Positions 48,932 through 59,500 of a DNA stretch of 64,000 nucleotides are shown here, one piece after another (position 1 is the stretch's first letter; the number at the start of each line of letters is the position of its first letter). The notes under the pieces are model-generated. The model did no database searches, was not told the DNA's origin, and worked only from the letters and a program-made list of their open reading frames with translations. The DNA is from Spirochaetia bacterium (GTDB lineage Bacteria; Spirochaetota; Spirochaetia; CADAEX01), in contig OY759746.1 in NCBI GenBank assembly GCA_963662795.1, forward strand, positions 3,296,001 through 3,360,000, written 5' to 3'. Position numbers and translations under genes: made by a program.

Positions 48932-50080
48932 ATGGATGACACAAGTATTGAGTTTCTGGATGAGTTTAAGGAAATTGAGCCTTACAGGGGCGAGGATTTT
49001 ACCGCAGCCCTTGTAAGACTGAAAAACAGCAGGTCGCTGATAAACAATCTGAGAAAAGCAGCTTTCCGCGATTCACTGTTCATATTTAATCCGCTGCTGA
49101 ATTTACTTATCAAAATGTTTGTAAAGTATCATCTTCGAAATGTAAAAACACCCTATGATTTCCAGAAAAGCATAATAAAAGCTGTAATCGGCAGGATGAT
49201 TGATAAAACTACTACAGAACTTACCTTCTCGGGACTTGAAAATCTTGATCCGAAGCAGAGATATTTGTTCATTTCCAATCACAGGGATATTGTTCTGGAT
49301 CCCGCTCTTGCCAATTTTGCGATGACGAAAAACAATATGCCTACTTTTGAAATTGCTTTCGGGGACAATCTTCTTGTTAATGATCTTGTGGCAGATCTTA
49401 TAAGAATAAATAAATCTTTTATTGTAAGGCGGAATCAGCAGCCGAGAGAACAGCTTAATTCAACAATTATTCTTTCCAAATATATCTGGTATACGCTCCA
49501 TGTAAATGATTCTGTATGGATTGCCCAGAGGGAAGGGCGTGCCAAAGACGGAGAAGATTTAACAAACCCTGCCCTGATAAAAATGTTTTTTCTTTCACAG
49601 AGAAAGGGCGGCCTTCCATTCAGCGAATTCATAAATCAGCTGAAAATTATCCCTATAGCGATTTCATATGAATACGATCCCTGTGATAAGCTCAAGGCAA
49701 GGGAACTTGACAGAAGGGAAACCAGGGACGGATATAAAAAAAGAAAGGGAGAGGATTTTCTAAGCATGGTACAGGGTATCCGTGATTTTAAAGGAAGGAT
49801 TCATCTATCATTCGGCGATGCTTTAACCGGAAACTGGGAAGACAGTAAAGATGTATCTGCTGCAATAGACCGGTTTATACACACAAATTACAGGCTTTGG
49901 CCGTCCAATTATCTCTCATGGGATATTCTCCACGAAAGTAACAGACATTCTTCACACTATGATGAAAAATATAAAGAAGCTTTTCTTAAAAGGTTTCACA
50001 GACTCCCGGAAAATGTAAAAAAACATGCGTTAAGCGCTTATGCCAAACCGGTTGAAAATGCTGAAAAATACAGATTTTAG
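48932..50080 (+). CDS. Glycerol/acylglycerol-phosphate acyltransferase (PlsC superfamily)
   Basis: SNHRDIVLDP (NHx4D), FGDNL, WIAQREGRAKDG.D.T, ISYEYDPCD. Confidence 0.88.
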   Translation: MDDTSIEFLDEFKEIEPYRGEDFTAALVRLKNSRSLINNLRKAAFRDSLFIFNPLLNLLIKMFVKYHLRNVKTPYDFQKSIIKAVIGRMIDKTTTELTFSGLENLDPKQRYLFISNHRDIVLDPALANFAMTKNNMPTFEIAFGDNLLVNDLVADLIRINKSFIVRRNQQPREQLNSTIILSKYIWYTLHVNDSVWIAQREGRAKDGEDLTNPALIKMFFLSQRKGGLPFSEFINQLKIIPIAISYEYDPCDKLKARELDRRETRDGYKKRKGEDFLSMVQGIRDFKGRIHLSFGDALTGNWEDSKDVSAAIDRFIHTNYRLWPSNYLSWDILHESNRHSSHYDEKYKEAFLKRFHRLPENVKKHALSAYAKPVENAEKYRF

Positions 50081-50732
50081 TATAGCAGGATTGCTTAATA
50101 TCATTTTCATTTCAGCGCTATTTCCCCTTGTTTTATCCTGCGCTGAAAACAGACCCGAAATAAACCAGATTTTCTGGCAGATAAACAAAATCCATAACCT
50201 TGATTCAGGAAAGTATTATGATACTCTTTCACTTTTTATTGAGGCACGGGATGAGGACGGTATTGAAGACCTTCAGACAATCTATCTTATAAATGACAGC
50301 GAAGAACTTTTCTGGAAAATTACGGAAGAGAACTGGATCCAAAAAACCGACGGGGAAGAAAACTGGTTCGGTTCAGGTTCAATAATAATGAATGATTTTT
50401 CATTTTTCCCTTCCGGGAAATACAGGGCCGTTGTAATTGATGAAGCAGGAGAAAGAGCGGAAACTTCTTTTACCATTGGCAAATATGAATCCGGGTTCCC
50501 TGAAGATAAATTCCCGGCAGCAGGAGTCAGGGGTAATACCCCGTATTATTCTCCGGGGACTGAAGCTCTCTGGTTTTATGATAAAGAGATGAAGCTTGTT
50601 AAAGAGGTTTCCGCAATTCGTTCAGATGCCAAAAATATCCAGATTCCTTCCAATGGGGAAGTTATGTTCGCATATAAATATGACAGAGCCAATGGATTCG
50701 GCCTTGTAACCGGGCCATATGGAATTAAATAG
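50058..50732 (+). CDS. Hypothetical lipoprotein
   Basis: Lipobox LVLSC after a hydrophobic stretch; DEDGIEDL, G.YR..V.D.AG Ig-like pattern. Confidence 0.7.
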   Translation: MLKNTDFSIAGLLNIIFISALFPLVLSCAENRPEINQIFWQINKIHNLDSGKYYDTLSLFIEARDEDGIEDLQTIYLINDSEELFWKITEENWIQKTDGEENWFGSGSIIMNDFSFFPSGKYRAVVIDEAGERAETSFTIGKYESGFPEDKFPAAGVRGNTPYYSPGTEALWFYDKEMKLVKEVSAIRSDAKNIQIPSNGEVMFAYKYDRANGFGLVTGPYGIK

Positions 50733-52086
50733 CCATGTTGATTTTTTTAAGATCTTCCTGCATTTCTTCTTTTTTAATTATATCAATCGGTCTGTTTTCG
50801 ATATAGGCAAGTGCGCTTCGTGTGAAATCAGATGCTGAAAATATTATCCCTTTAATGATATTCTGCTTTTTCATGTCTTCAATAAACACTCTTATATAAG
50901 ATTCATCGATAGGCTCGGGCAGACGGAAAAAGTTTATAAGAAGGGACTGTACCTTGATATTCCGCCATTTTCCGGAATTTTTATCTACGGCAACTATCTG
51001 ACAGCCGTTTTTTATAGGAACTATCTCCCTTTCCGCAAAACCCCGGACTTCAAGAATCTTTATGCATATTTCAATAAATTTGTCATTACCGGCAGTCAGA
51101 AAATCTTTCATTGAATCGTCTGTCCGGATTTCCTGATACTGGCTCAGTTTTTTTTCGACATCCTTGAATCCCGGTTTTTTTTCAAATATTGCTTCCCATT
51201 GATCAACCGCATTGATGATTTTTCTCTCTTTCTCATAACATGCGGCAAGAAAATATCTGGCATAAAGTATTTCATTATCAGAGCTGTCTTTTGATAATCT
51301 TACAGCCCTTTCAAGTTCCATAATCGCGGATTCGATTTTGCTGTTCATCATGTGGCAAATCCCTTTCTCAATTATTGATTTCATCTTGAGTTCAGGATCT
51401 TTCTGTGCTTTTTCAAAAGCCGTTATAGCTGCCGTGAAATTACGGCTGTCTTTGTTTATTTTTCCGATAAAAAAATGAGCCTGCATGTTGTTCACATTAT
51501 ATTTCAGGCATTCTTCAAATGATGATTTGGCCTGTGTGAGCTGTTTTGAGCTGTAATAAATTTTGCCCAGTTTGAAATGTGCTTTATCATTTCTTTTATC
51601 AAGTTCAACCGCTTTCTGGTAATAGGATATCGCATTGTCTATTTTTCCGCGTCCTTCGAAAAGTTCCCCGACTATATATTGATGGTTTGTGTTATATGGA
51701 TCTTTTTTAATAAGCAGAAGGAATTCTTTCAAGGCCTCTTCGTGCTGATTAAACTTCAGGAAAAGGTTCGCGATTGTTTCCCTGAAAGTGAATTCGTCAA
51801 TTATTCCGGTGAATCTGCCGAGTTCATTTACTTTTATGAATTCCAGAAGCGCCAGTTCCGGTTTTCCATCCATCTGAAATGCGGTTCCAAGCAGATAATG
51901 GAGTTCGGAATTGGCCTGATCCCTGATTAAAAGCTGTTTTATTGTTTTTATGGCTGAATTATATCTGCCGTTTCTGATAAGATTGTTGATTGAGGAGATT
52001 TTTCTTGGAACAAGGAGTGATTTAACCAATAATATGATAAAAATAAATATTACTATACCGACAATTGTAGTAGTGACAAGAAACAT
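50725..52086 (-). CDS. Membrane-anchored TPR protein with a C-terminal Mrr-like restriction endonuclease fold
   Basis: N-terminal TM; about 8 TPRs; C-terminal F...C..IL...GF, KGIIFSASDFT.SA..Y....PIDII (Mrr_cat-like). Confidence 0.75.
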   Translation of the reverse strand: MFLVTTTIVGIVIFIFIILLVKSLLVPRKISSINNLIRNGRYNSAIKTIKQLLIRDQANSELHYLLGTAFQMDGKPELALLEFIKVNELGRFTGIIDEFTFRETIANLFLKFNQHEEALKEFLLLIKKDPYNTNHQYIVGELFEGRGKIDNAISYYQKAVELDKRNDKAHFKLGKIYYSSKQLTQAKSSFEECLKYNVNNMQAHFFIGKINKDSRNFTAAITAFEKAQKDPELKMKSIIEKGICHMMNSKIESAIMELERAVRLSKDSSDNEILYARYFLAACYEKERKIINAVDQWEAIFEKKPGFKDVEKKLSQYQEIRTDDSMKDFLTAGNDKFIEICIKILEVRGFAEREIVPIKNGCQIVAVDKNSGKWRNIKVQSLLINFFRLPEPIDESYIRVFIEDMKKQNIIKGIIFSASDFTRSALAYIENRPIDIIKKEEMQEDLKKINMAI

Positions 52087-52158
52087 GAAAATCTCCTATT
52101 GTTTATAGATTAAATATATTTTCTTATGCTGTCAAATATAATATCCTGTGGTATGTAT

Positions 52159-52866
52159 ATGAAAAATAAAATTATTATATTCCTGTTGTTATGCAGTACT
52201 CCTTTTATCTGCCTTTATGCCGAAGAAAATCTCCTGGGCAGGGGAGAAGAGCTTTTTATGCAAAATCGGCCCGCTGATGCGATACCTTTACTGCTTGGTG
52301 CACTTGAAAGAAATCCTGATGATGAAAAAATATTCCTGATGCTCGGAACTTCTTATTCACAGACTAAAAATTTCGAAAAGGCAGTAAATTATTTTAAGGA
52401 AGGAGCTAAAAAAGCATTAAAGAACAGGGATCTTTATTACTATAATGCGGGAAACACATATTATCTTATGGGGGAGTACCCTCTTGCTGAGGAAATGTAT
52501 TCCAGGGCAATTAGGGAGAACGGAAGCAGAAGCGGCAGCTATCTGAACAGAGCCAATACAAGACTAAGCATGGGTAAAAGAGAAGATGCTGTATCTGATT
52601 ATAAGGTATATCTTACAATTGAGCCTGATAATTATCAGAGAGAAACTATTCAGAAGCTTATTGATCTTCTGGAAAAACGGACCGGTGAAGAACTGATAAA
52701 AAAACAGCAGGATGAGGCAAGAAAGCTTGCCGAAGAAAAAAGAAAACAGGAAATGCTGAAAGATGTTCTGGATTCACTTAAAAACATAAGCGATGAAACA
52801 CGAAATGTTTCAGCAGGGACAGAAAAAATAAGCGATTATGAAGAAGAACTTGAACTTAAAGAATAA
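52159..52866 (+). CDS. Exported TPR protein
   Basis: Signal peptide MKNKIIIFLLL; TPRs (YYNAGN.YY..G.Y..AE.MY, YLNRAN); C-terminal coiled coil. Confidence 0.85.
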   Translation: MKNKIIIFLLLCSTPFICLYAEENLLGRGEELFMQNRPADAIPLLLGALERNPDDEKIFLMLGTSYSQTKNFEKAVNYFKEGAKKALKNRDLYYYNAGNTYYLMGEYPLAEEMYSRAIRENGSRSGSYLNRANTRLSMGKREDAVSDYKVYLTIEPDNYQRETIQKLIDLLEKRTGEELIKKQQDEARKLAEEKRKQEMLKDVLDSLKNISDETRNVSAGTEKISDYEEELELKE

Positions 52867-52885
52867 ATTTTTGTGAGGAAAACAG

Positions 52886-54736
52886 ATGAACCGTAGAATA
52901 TTGATAATCGCGGCAGCAGTAATTATTATCCTGCTTGCCCTTTTTTTTATAATCGGCAGTATAACCGGAAATAAAACTGATCCTGAAGGAGCCGGAGGGG
53001 CAGATAAACTCAGAACCAATACCATAAGGCTTGCGAAGGAATATTTTGAGAAGGGGGAATACCAGAGGGCCCTTGACCTGCTGGATAAAATTCTTATTCA
53101 GGATCCGGACGATAATGACGCAAAATCGCTCAGGGACAGCATATTGGCAGAAAAAAATGTCAAGTCGGCTGAGGAAAAGGAAAAAGAGCTTTCAATGCAG
53201 GATAAGCTTAAGGACAGCCTGGATGAACTTGGCAGCAGTTTGCAGGAAAAACGCCCTCAAGCGCAGCTTCCAATGCCGCCTGCCCAGAGTGAAACAGCGC
53301 AGGTTAAACCCAAAGATACTGCCGGATTATCTGCCGCTGAAAAAGAAAAGCAGAAACAGGTAAATGATCTAATAAAACAGGGAATTGAAAAAATGAACAG
53401 CGGCCGTCATCCGGCTGCGAGATCGGATTTTGATTCAGCGCTTAAAATTGATGATAATTCAGCAGAAGCCTGGGCCAGAAAAGGAGAATCCTTTCTGTCT
53501 GAAAACAGCAGCGACCCTGACAATTTAAAGGAAGCTGTTATAAATTCCAGGAAAGCTATTGAGAAGGATTCAAATTTATGGCTCCCTCATTATGTGCTTG
53601 GCCAGGTCTATAACGAAACAAGAGACTATTCGAGCGCTATCGATGAATTCAAACAGGCTTCAAAACTGAATCCTGAAAATTACCTGGTTTTTTACGAGCT
53701 TGGAAAAGCTCAGTACGCTGCCGGACAGTATCAGGGAGCAAAAAGTTCTTTTGAAAGCTGCGTCCACATTAAAAAGGATTTTGCCAACGGGCATTACAGG
53801 CTGGGCAAAACTTATCAGCAGACCGGAGATGAAAACCGCGCGTTAAAGGCATTCGGCGATGCGCTTAAAATTGACAGTAAATTTGACCTTTCCTGGTATG
53901 AAACAGGCAATATACTGAAAAATCAGAACGATTACAACGGGGCATATCAGGCGTATATGAAGGCGTATAACATAAATCCGAATCAGCCGGCATATCTCAT
54001 TCAGATAGGCAATATTTTGTCATGGCAGGGAAAATACAATGATGCTGAAGATTATTATCTCAAGGCCCTTACCATGCGGCCGCAGTCTGCAGAAATAAAC
54101 AACAATATGGCGCTTGTTAAAATAAAAGGGGGAAAGAGTGATGAAGCTGTTATTTACGCAAGGACTGCTGTAAAAATTGACCCTAAAAACGCCAGATATT
54201 ATTATACTCTCGGACAGGCATCTGAGGAAAACGGGGACCAGAGCTCTGCAGTAAAAGCCTACGGGGAAGCGATAAAACTTGATCCAGGTTATCAGCTTCC
54301 ATACATAAATCTCGGTAAAATTTATGATGATAATAAAATGTATGATGAAGCTCTTTCAATACTGCTTAAAGGGTATCAGCTCGGAAGTGATGATTTCGCG
54401 GTTAACAATAATCTGGGGATTGTCTATCTTCACAAAGAGCTATACAACGACAGCATCAAGCATTTTCTTTCTGCGGTTAAATCCAGACCTGATGCAACAC
54501 ATGCGCGGTATAACCTCGGGATAGCATATATTGAAACTTCACAGGACGATATTGCAATTAATACATTGAATGAGCTTATAAAAATCAGCCCTTCCTATTA
54601 CGATGCCTATTACCGGCTCGGGCACCTTTATATCAAAAAGGGAGATCAGAAAAAGGCCAATGAAATATTCAATAAACTGCTGGAGAAAAAGCCTGATTAT
54701 GAAAAGAGAAGTGAAATACTCACTCTGATAAACTAA
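52886..54736 (+). CDS. Membrane-anchored multi-TPR protein (Lmp1-like architecture)
   Basis: N-terminal TM, one TPR pair, a P/Q/A linker, then more than 10 tandem TPRs; adjacent to mutL, as I recall for Borrelia lmp1. Confidence 0.85.
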   Translation: MNRRILIIAAAVIIILLALFFIIGSITGNKTDPEGAGGADKLRTNTIRLAKEYFEKGEYQRALDLLDKILIQDPDDNDAKSLRDSILAEKNVKSAEEKEKELSMQDKLKDSLDELGSSLQEKRPQAQLPMPPAQSETAQVKPKDTAGLSAAEKEKQKQVNDLIKQGIEKMNSGRHPAARSDFDSALKIDDNSAEAWARKGESFLSENSSDPDNLKEAVINSRKAIEKDSNLWLPHYVLGQVYNETRDYSSAIDEFKQASKLNPENYLVFYELGKAQYAAGQYQGAKSSFESCVHIKKDFANGHYRLGKTYQQTGDENRALKAFGDALKIDSKFDLSWYETGNILKNQNDYNGAYQAYMKAYNINPNQPAYLIQIGNILSWQGKYNDAEDYYLKALTMRPQSAEINNNMALVKIKGGKSDEAVIYARTAVKIDPKNARYYYTLGQASEENGDQSSAVKAYGEAIKLDPGYQLPYINLGKIYDDNKMYDEALSILLKGYQLGSDDFAVNNNLGIVYLHKELYNDSIKHFLSAVKSRPDATHARYNLGIAYIETSQDDIAINTLNELIKISPSYYDAYYRLGHLYIKKGDQKKANEIFNKLLEKKPDYEKRSEILTLIN

Positions 54737-54741
54737 GTTCG

Positions 54742-56505
54742 CTATACAATCCTGTTTATCCGGGCAAGAAGCTCTTTCCGGGTGATAGTCTGCCACACCG
54801 GCCTCCCGTGGGGGCAGTAAGGTGTTTCAAGATTAAAAGCTGCATTTATGATGGTTTCAGCTTCTCCCGGAGAGAGAATATCCCCTCCCTTTACTGCTTT
54901 TTTGCAGGAGGCAGTTGCGTATAACTTTTTTCTTACTTCGTTAATGTTTCCGGGAAATTCCATAATAATCGATGCAATATCATTTTTAATGCAGTTTAAT
55001 ATTTCGGGAAGAGAATCGATAAACCATCTGCCTGATTCGTCCCTTTCAATTATTATTCCGGTCTTTTTGTATTCTGAAAGCATTTCCTCTGAAAACTCCA
55101 TGCTTTCCGGAAAATAAAGCGGTACAAGAAGCTTCTGCATAATTTGTTTTTTGCTGCTGAAGGACTCATATATCGATTTTTCGTGCGCGGCATGCTGGTC
55201 AATGATATAGAGTGTCTCATCTTTTTCACACAGAAGAAAAGTGTTGAAAATCTGACCAAGGTATTTGAAATTTGCATCTTCGGTAAAAATATTTTCCGGA
55301 TTAAATGCTGCGGATGGAATTCCAGCAGGTGTTTTTTCTGCAACGGAAAATACCCTGCCTTCTGCGTTATCTTTGAGCCTGATCACCGGATCCGCATCTG
55401 TGCTGGATTGCGGATAGCCGGATATTTCTTTTTCATGGAAATTATTCCCGAAAAGATTTTCTTCCCTGGATTTGAATGTATATTCAGTTTTACCTGATGA
55501 GGCGCTGTTTTCTTTTAATGTTTTAATAATCAGTTCTGTAACTGAATGGTGTATCTGTTTTATATTTTTTATTTTTGCTTCTCTTTTAGCCGGATGGATG
55601 TTGAAATCTACCAGATCAGGTTTGTTATCAATGAATATTACAGCTGCAGGAAAATGTCCTCCCGGAAGATATTCCGAATAACCGTAAACTGCTGCCTGGA
55701 TCAGCGAATATTCCTGTATCCGTCTTCCGTTAAGGTAAATTTGGATATATTTCCTGTCCTTCCTGTATAAAACAGGATCCGCCAGCACTGCTTTTATGCT
55801 GTAGCTGCCCTCTTTTCCGGCCGGTTCGTATACTTCATATAAAAGCGACTGGTCCTGAAACACAGTGCTGTACGACAAAAGTATTCTTTCTTTTAATGAT
55901 GATACCGGCAGCATCTGTATAAGTTTACCGTCAATATAAAGTTTGAAGCTGATATCATGTCTTGCCGCCGCCTTTTCATAAAAAATGTTCCTGCATAATG
56001 TTGTTTCCGCTGAAGGGCTTTTTAAAAACTGTTTTCTGGCGGGGAAGGCGTAAAAAAGATCTTTTGCGGAAATTATTGTCCCTTTTCTTGCTTTTACAGT
56101 GCTGATTTCGTATTTTCCGCTGCTGTCAGTTTTAAGCGAATGTCCGGCAGATTCTGAATCTGTTGAAGTTATTATTTCAAGACGCGCTGAAGAAGCAATG
56201 CTGGATAAGGCTTCCCCTCTGAAACCGAGTGTACTTATGGAATAGAGGTCTTCTGCTGAAGATATTTTGGAAGTTGCATGGGGGAGAAAACAGAGCTCAA
56301 GGTCTCCCCTGTCCATACCGCTGCCGTTATCTGTTACCCTTATTTCTTTCATACCGCTTGATTCAATATTTACAGTAATATCGAGGCTGCCTGCGTCGAT
56401 GGAATTATCCAGCAGTTCCCTGAGTATTGAAGCGGGTCTGTCAATTACTTCCCCTGCAGCGATCTTAAGCGCGACCGACTGCTCGAGTATCCTTATCTGT
56501 CCCAT
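54742..56505 (-). CDS. mutL: DNA mismatch repair endonuclease MutL
   Basis: IAAGEVIDRP, HATSKI, LGFRGEAL, VDFNIHPAK, DQHAAHE, CPHGRP. Confidence 0.97.
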   Translation of the reverse strand: MGQIRILEQSVALKIAAGEVIDRPASILRELLDNSIDAGSLDITVNIESSGMKEIRVTDNGSGMDRGDLELCFLPHATSKISSAEDLYSISTLGFRGEALSSIASSARLEIITSTDSESAGHSLKTDSSGKYEISTVKARKGTIISAKDLFYAFPARKQFLKSPSAETTLCRNIFYEKAAARHDISFKLYIDGKLIQMLPVSSLKERILLSYSTVFQDQSLLYEVYEPAGKEGSYSIKAVLADPVLYRKDRKYIQIYLNGRRIQEYSLIQAAVYGYSEYLPGGHFPAAVIFIDNKPDLVDFNIHPAKREAKIKNIKQIHHSVTELIIKTLKENSASSGKTEYTFKSREENLFGNNFHEKEISGYPQSSTDADPVIRLKDNAEGRVFSVAEKTPAGIPSAAFNPENIFTEDANFKYLGQIFNTFLLCEKDETLYIIDQHAAHEKSIYESFSSKKQIMQKLLVPLYFPESMEFSEEMLSEYKKTGIIIERDESGRWFIDSLPEILNCIKNDIASIIMEFPGNINEVRKKLYATASCKKAVKGGDILSPGEAETIINAAFNLETPYCPHGRPVWQTITRKELLARINRIV

Positions 56506-56524
56506 TATTGAAATCCTTTCTGCA

Positions 56525-59500
56525 TCAGAACATTACCTTTCCGAAAATTCCTGCCTGAATACCAAGAAGATATATGTTTTTTTCATCTGAAACATAATCA
56601 TAAATTTTGTGTTTTTCCATACCAATCGATAAAACAGCTTTGAAATTCCCTTTTTCAGGAAAGACAAGAGCGGATTCATGGGTAAGGAGGATTGACCAGT
56701 AATTAATTTCGCTTAATGTGCTTTCAGGTGCTGTAGAATAAATAAGAGATTCTGTATGTGAAAAATAGGCTGGATCATCTTTCTCTTCAGCAAGATATTT
56801 CATATGGATTCTCTCTTTCGGACGGCGGATCCAGATGTATGAGGCAGAAGCATCATCGTAATAGTATTTCATGTCCTCTGAGTGGCTGTACACATACCTG
56901 AATTTGTTATCGATAATGAATTCTGTATCCTTATGTCCTGAAAAATAGAGACTGTTGCCGATTGCGTATTCCCTGTCCTGGGGGACCGGTGTATCTGTTG
57001 AACTCGCGGTAACAGAGAACCTTGTTATAAATTCATCAGTTCTGTAAAAATCGAAGACAGGCTCAATCCCTGTGGATCCGAACATGTTGACAGCCCTTGC
57101 CGTGTATTCACCGGTAATGCGGTAAATGTTAACAAAAGTGTCTTCATTTTTTGTAAAATCCTTTGAATACCGGAAACCAAGTTCAGAAGGGGCATATAGG
57201 TCTGAAATGCTCTGCCTCCGTCCCCGTGTAAGTTTTATAAATGCGGCAGGTGTATAGGTGCTTTTTGAAAGATAACTGCTTTTATCTTCAAAAGTCTCTT
57301 CAAATCCGTCCGAAAAAAATTCAGCGAACGGTATTCCGGTATAGAAATAACTTTGACCTGCAAAATCGCTGAACCAGAGGGCTGTATCGTCAAGAAAACT
57401 GCTTTCAGGCGCATCCCTGTTTGTGTATGAAAAACTCCTGGAATATCCCGGGGTAATATCCCACCCGTTTGCGCTTTTTTTATAAAACGGGAACTGAAGC
57501 TGCAGCAGTCCTGTGCTTGTCTGGCTCCTGTCCTCATCTTCTCCTGATGACTGTGTTCCGCTGCTGATAAGAACATCAGTTCCTGAAAATTCCCTCTTGA
57601 ACAGTATATTGTTTTCCGTCTCTATTGATCTGTCAGGCCATTTGTCGCTGTTATCCGCCGCAAGAAGTGAAAAAGAGTTAAGCCAGTTTTCCATATACCA
57701 TGAATCTTCAGTTGTGTAGCCGGATGAAATCTTTGTAAGGGATAAATCCGAGCTTCCGCTGATCGTTCCGTAAGTGTCTGATTTGTATTTAAAGTCCCAT
57801 TTCTGGGAAAGGTCGCTGTACAGGAGATATGATTCAGCCGATGCGCTGATATAACCTGTGTCGCCTGACTTTGCCTTCAGCTCATTCCTTTTTGAGAATG
57901 ATAAATTCCATTCATCCTTTGATTCACTGTAGTAATCTGAAAATGTCAGAAAATCCGTACCAAGGGGAGATGTATAGCTGTGATCTATTACCGAGTAAAA
58001 CTCCGGTTCTACCCATGAAAAGTCGAGATTAGTCTCAAGGTCTGAATTGAGAATACCGGTTTTGACAGTTGTTTTTGTCCTTGTATTGTTGGCATCGGTA
58101 TTTTCACTCAAATCAGTGCTGAAATCCTCTCTTACGTGCATGAAATCCTCTTTGAGTGTAAGGTCGCTTATTATGCTCTGCCCCCGTGCAGAAAGCAGCG
58201 TGCCCGGAAAAAATTGCTCATATCTGGTCGCGACAGCCCCGCTTAAAGATATCTTCGGGTCTGTAAGGTGGACTTCATCAAGATATAATTTACCGGCATC
58301 TGAATCTGATGTGATTTTAAGCATGGAAAGGCCCTTCTCTGTCGATGTCACCTTAACGCTTCCGTTCATGTTCTCTCCCGCAAGGTAAATGCGTTTTTTA
58401 TCTAGATCAATTTCAAGCTTTCTCCATTCATTAAAAGGATCAGTTGTAAAAGTTGCTGTAATACCCCTGCCTGATGTGTCTGTATAGGAAATTGTGAACT
58501 CCGCAGGGTCAGGCGTTCCGAGCTCAGGAATCCTGATATATCCTGCGAGTGTCCGGTACATATCATAAGGAACCGGGGTTGAGTAACCTGTGAGGGTATA
58601 GTCTGTTCCGTCCCAGCCCGATTCAAGCACCTTCTGGGTTGATGTAATGTCTAAATCACTGAAAAAGATGTCTTCTACCTCAGGATATGCTTTTACCAGT
58701 GTTTCAGGGGGCGCTTCCCCTGAAGAGTACCTCTCATAAACCTCTTTTGCGTAGGTTGAATCCTGGTTGGAAGCAGTAGCGCTGAAGGGAGAGCTTTCTA
58801 TAAAAAGTTCTCCGATGAGTATCCTTCCTGTTACAGCCGCTCCTGATTCATTTACATAAATAAACCTGACGGCAGATGACTGGGTTAGAAGCTTTTTTTC
58901 ATCTGATGTAAAGTTGTAATTTAATTTAATCCATTTACCTGATGATGATATATCGGGAAATGTGATTGCATAAACGGATAAAATATCATCAGCATCCTGT
59001 GTTACAATATTTTTCATATCCTCGAGGTCAAGTACCTTGTTAAGGTCATTATCCTCAGAATCTATTGAGCCGTTCCCCCTTGTCGTGCTTCCTCCTTTAC
59101 CGCCTACAAGAAGCACTGCGCTGTTTCCTGTATCGTTAAACGGAAAACCGTCTGAATATATGGAGTTTTCACTGTCAAGTACCCCGTCACCGTCAAGATC
59201 CTCGCTTACAGTTCCTATCTGGATATAAAGCTTGCCTGCTGAAACATCTTCGCATTTTATTTTAAACGAGATGCTTTCGGCGCTGCTTAAATCCTGGTTT
59301 TCCGAGTATTTTCGGAGCGGCACCTGGGCGCCGGCCCATTCATCATCATCAACATCCATATCCATGACAAGTATCTCCCCCTGGATTCCGTCATTGGATG
59401 CCTTTGCTGTATACGGGCCGGGAGGATTGCCTGTTTCATAGCTGTATATCTGGCTGTCAGACACATCCCATGTGTAATTGTTTAGCGATGCGCTGCCGAG

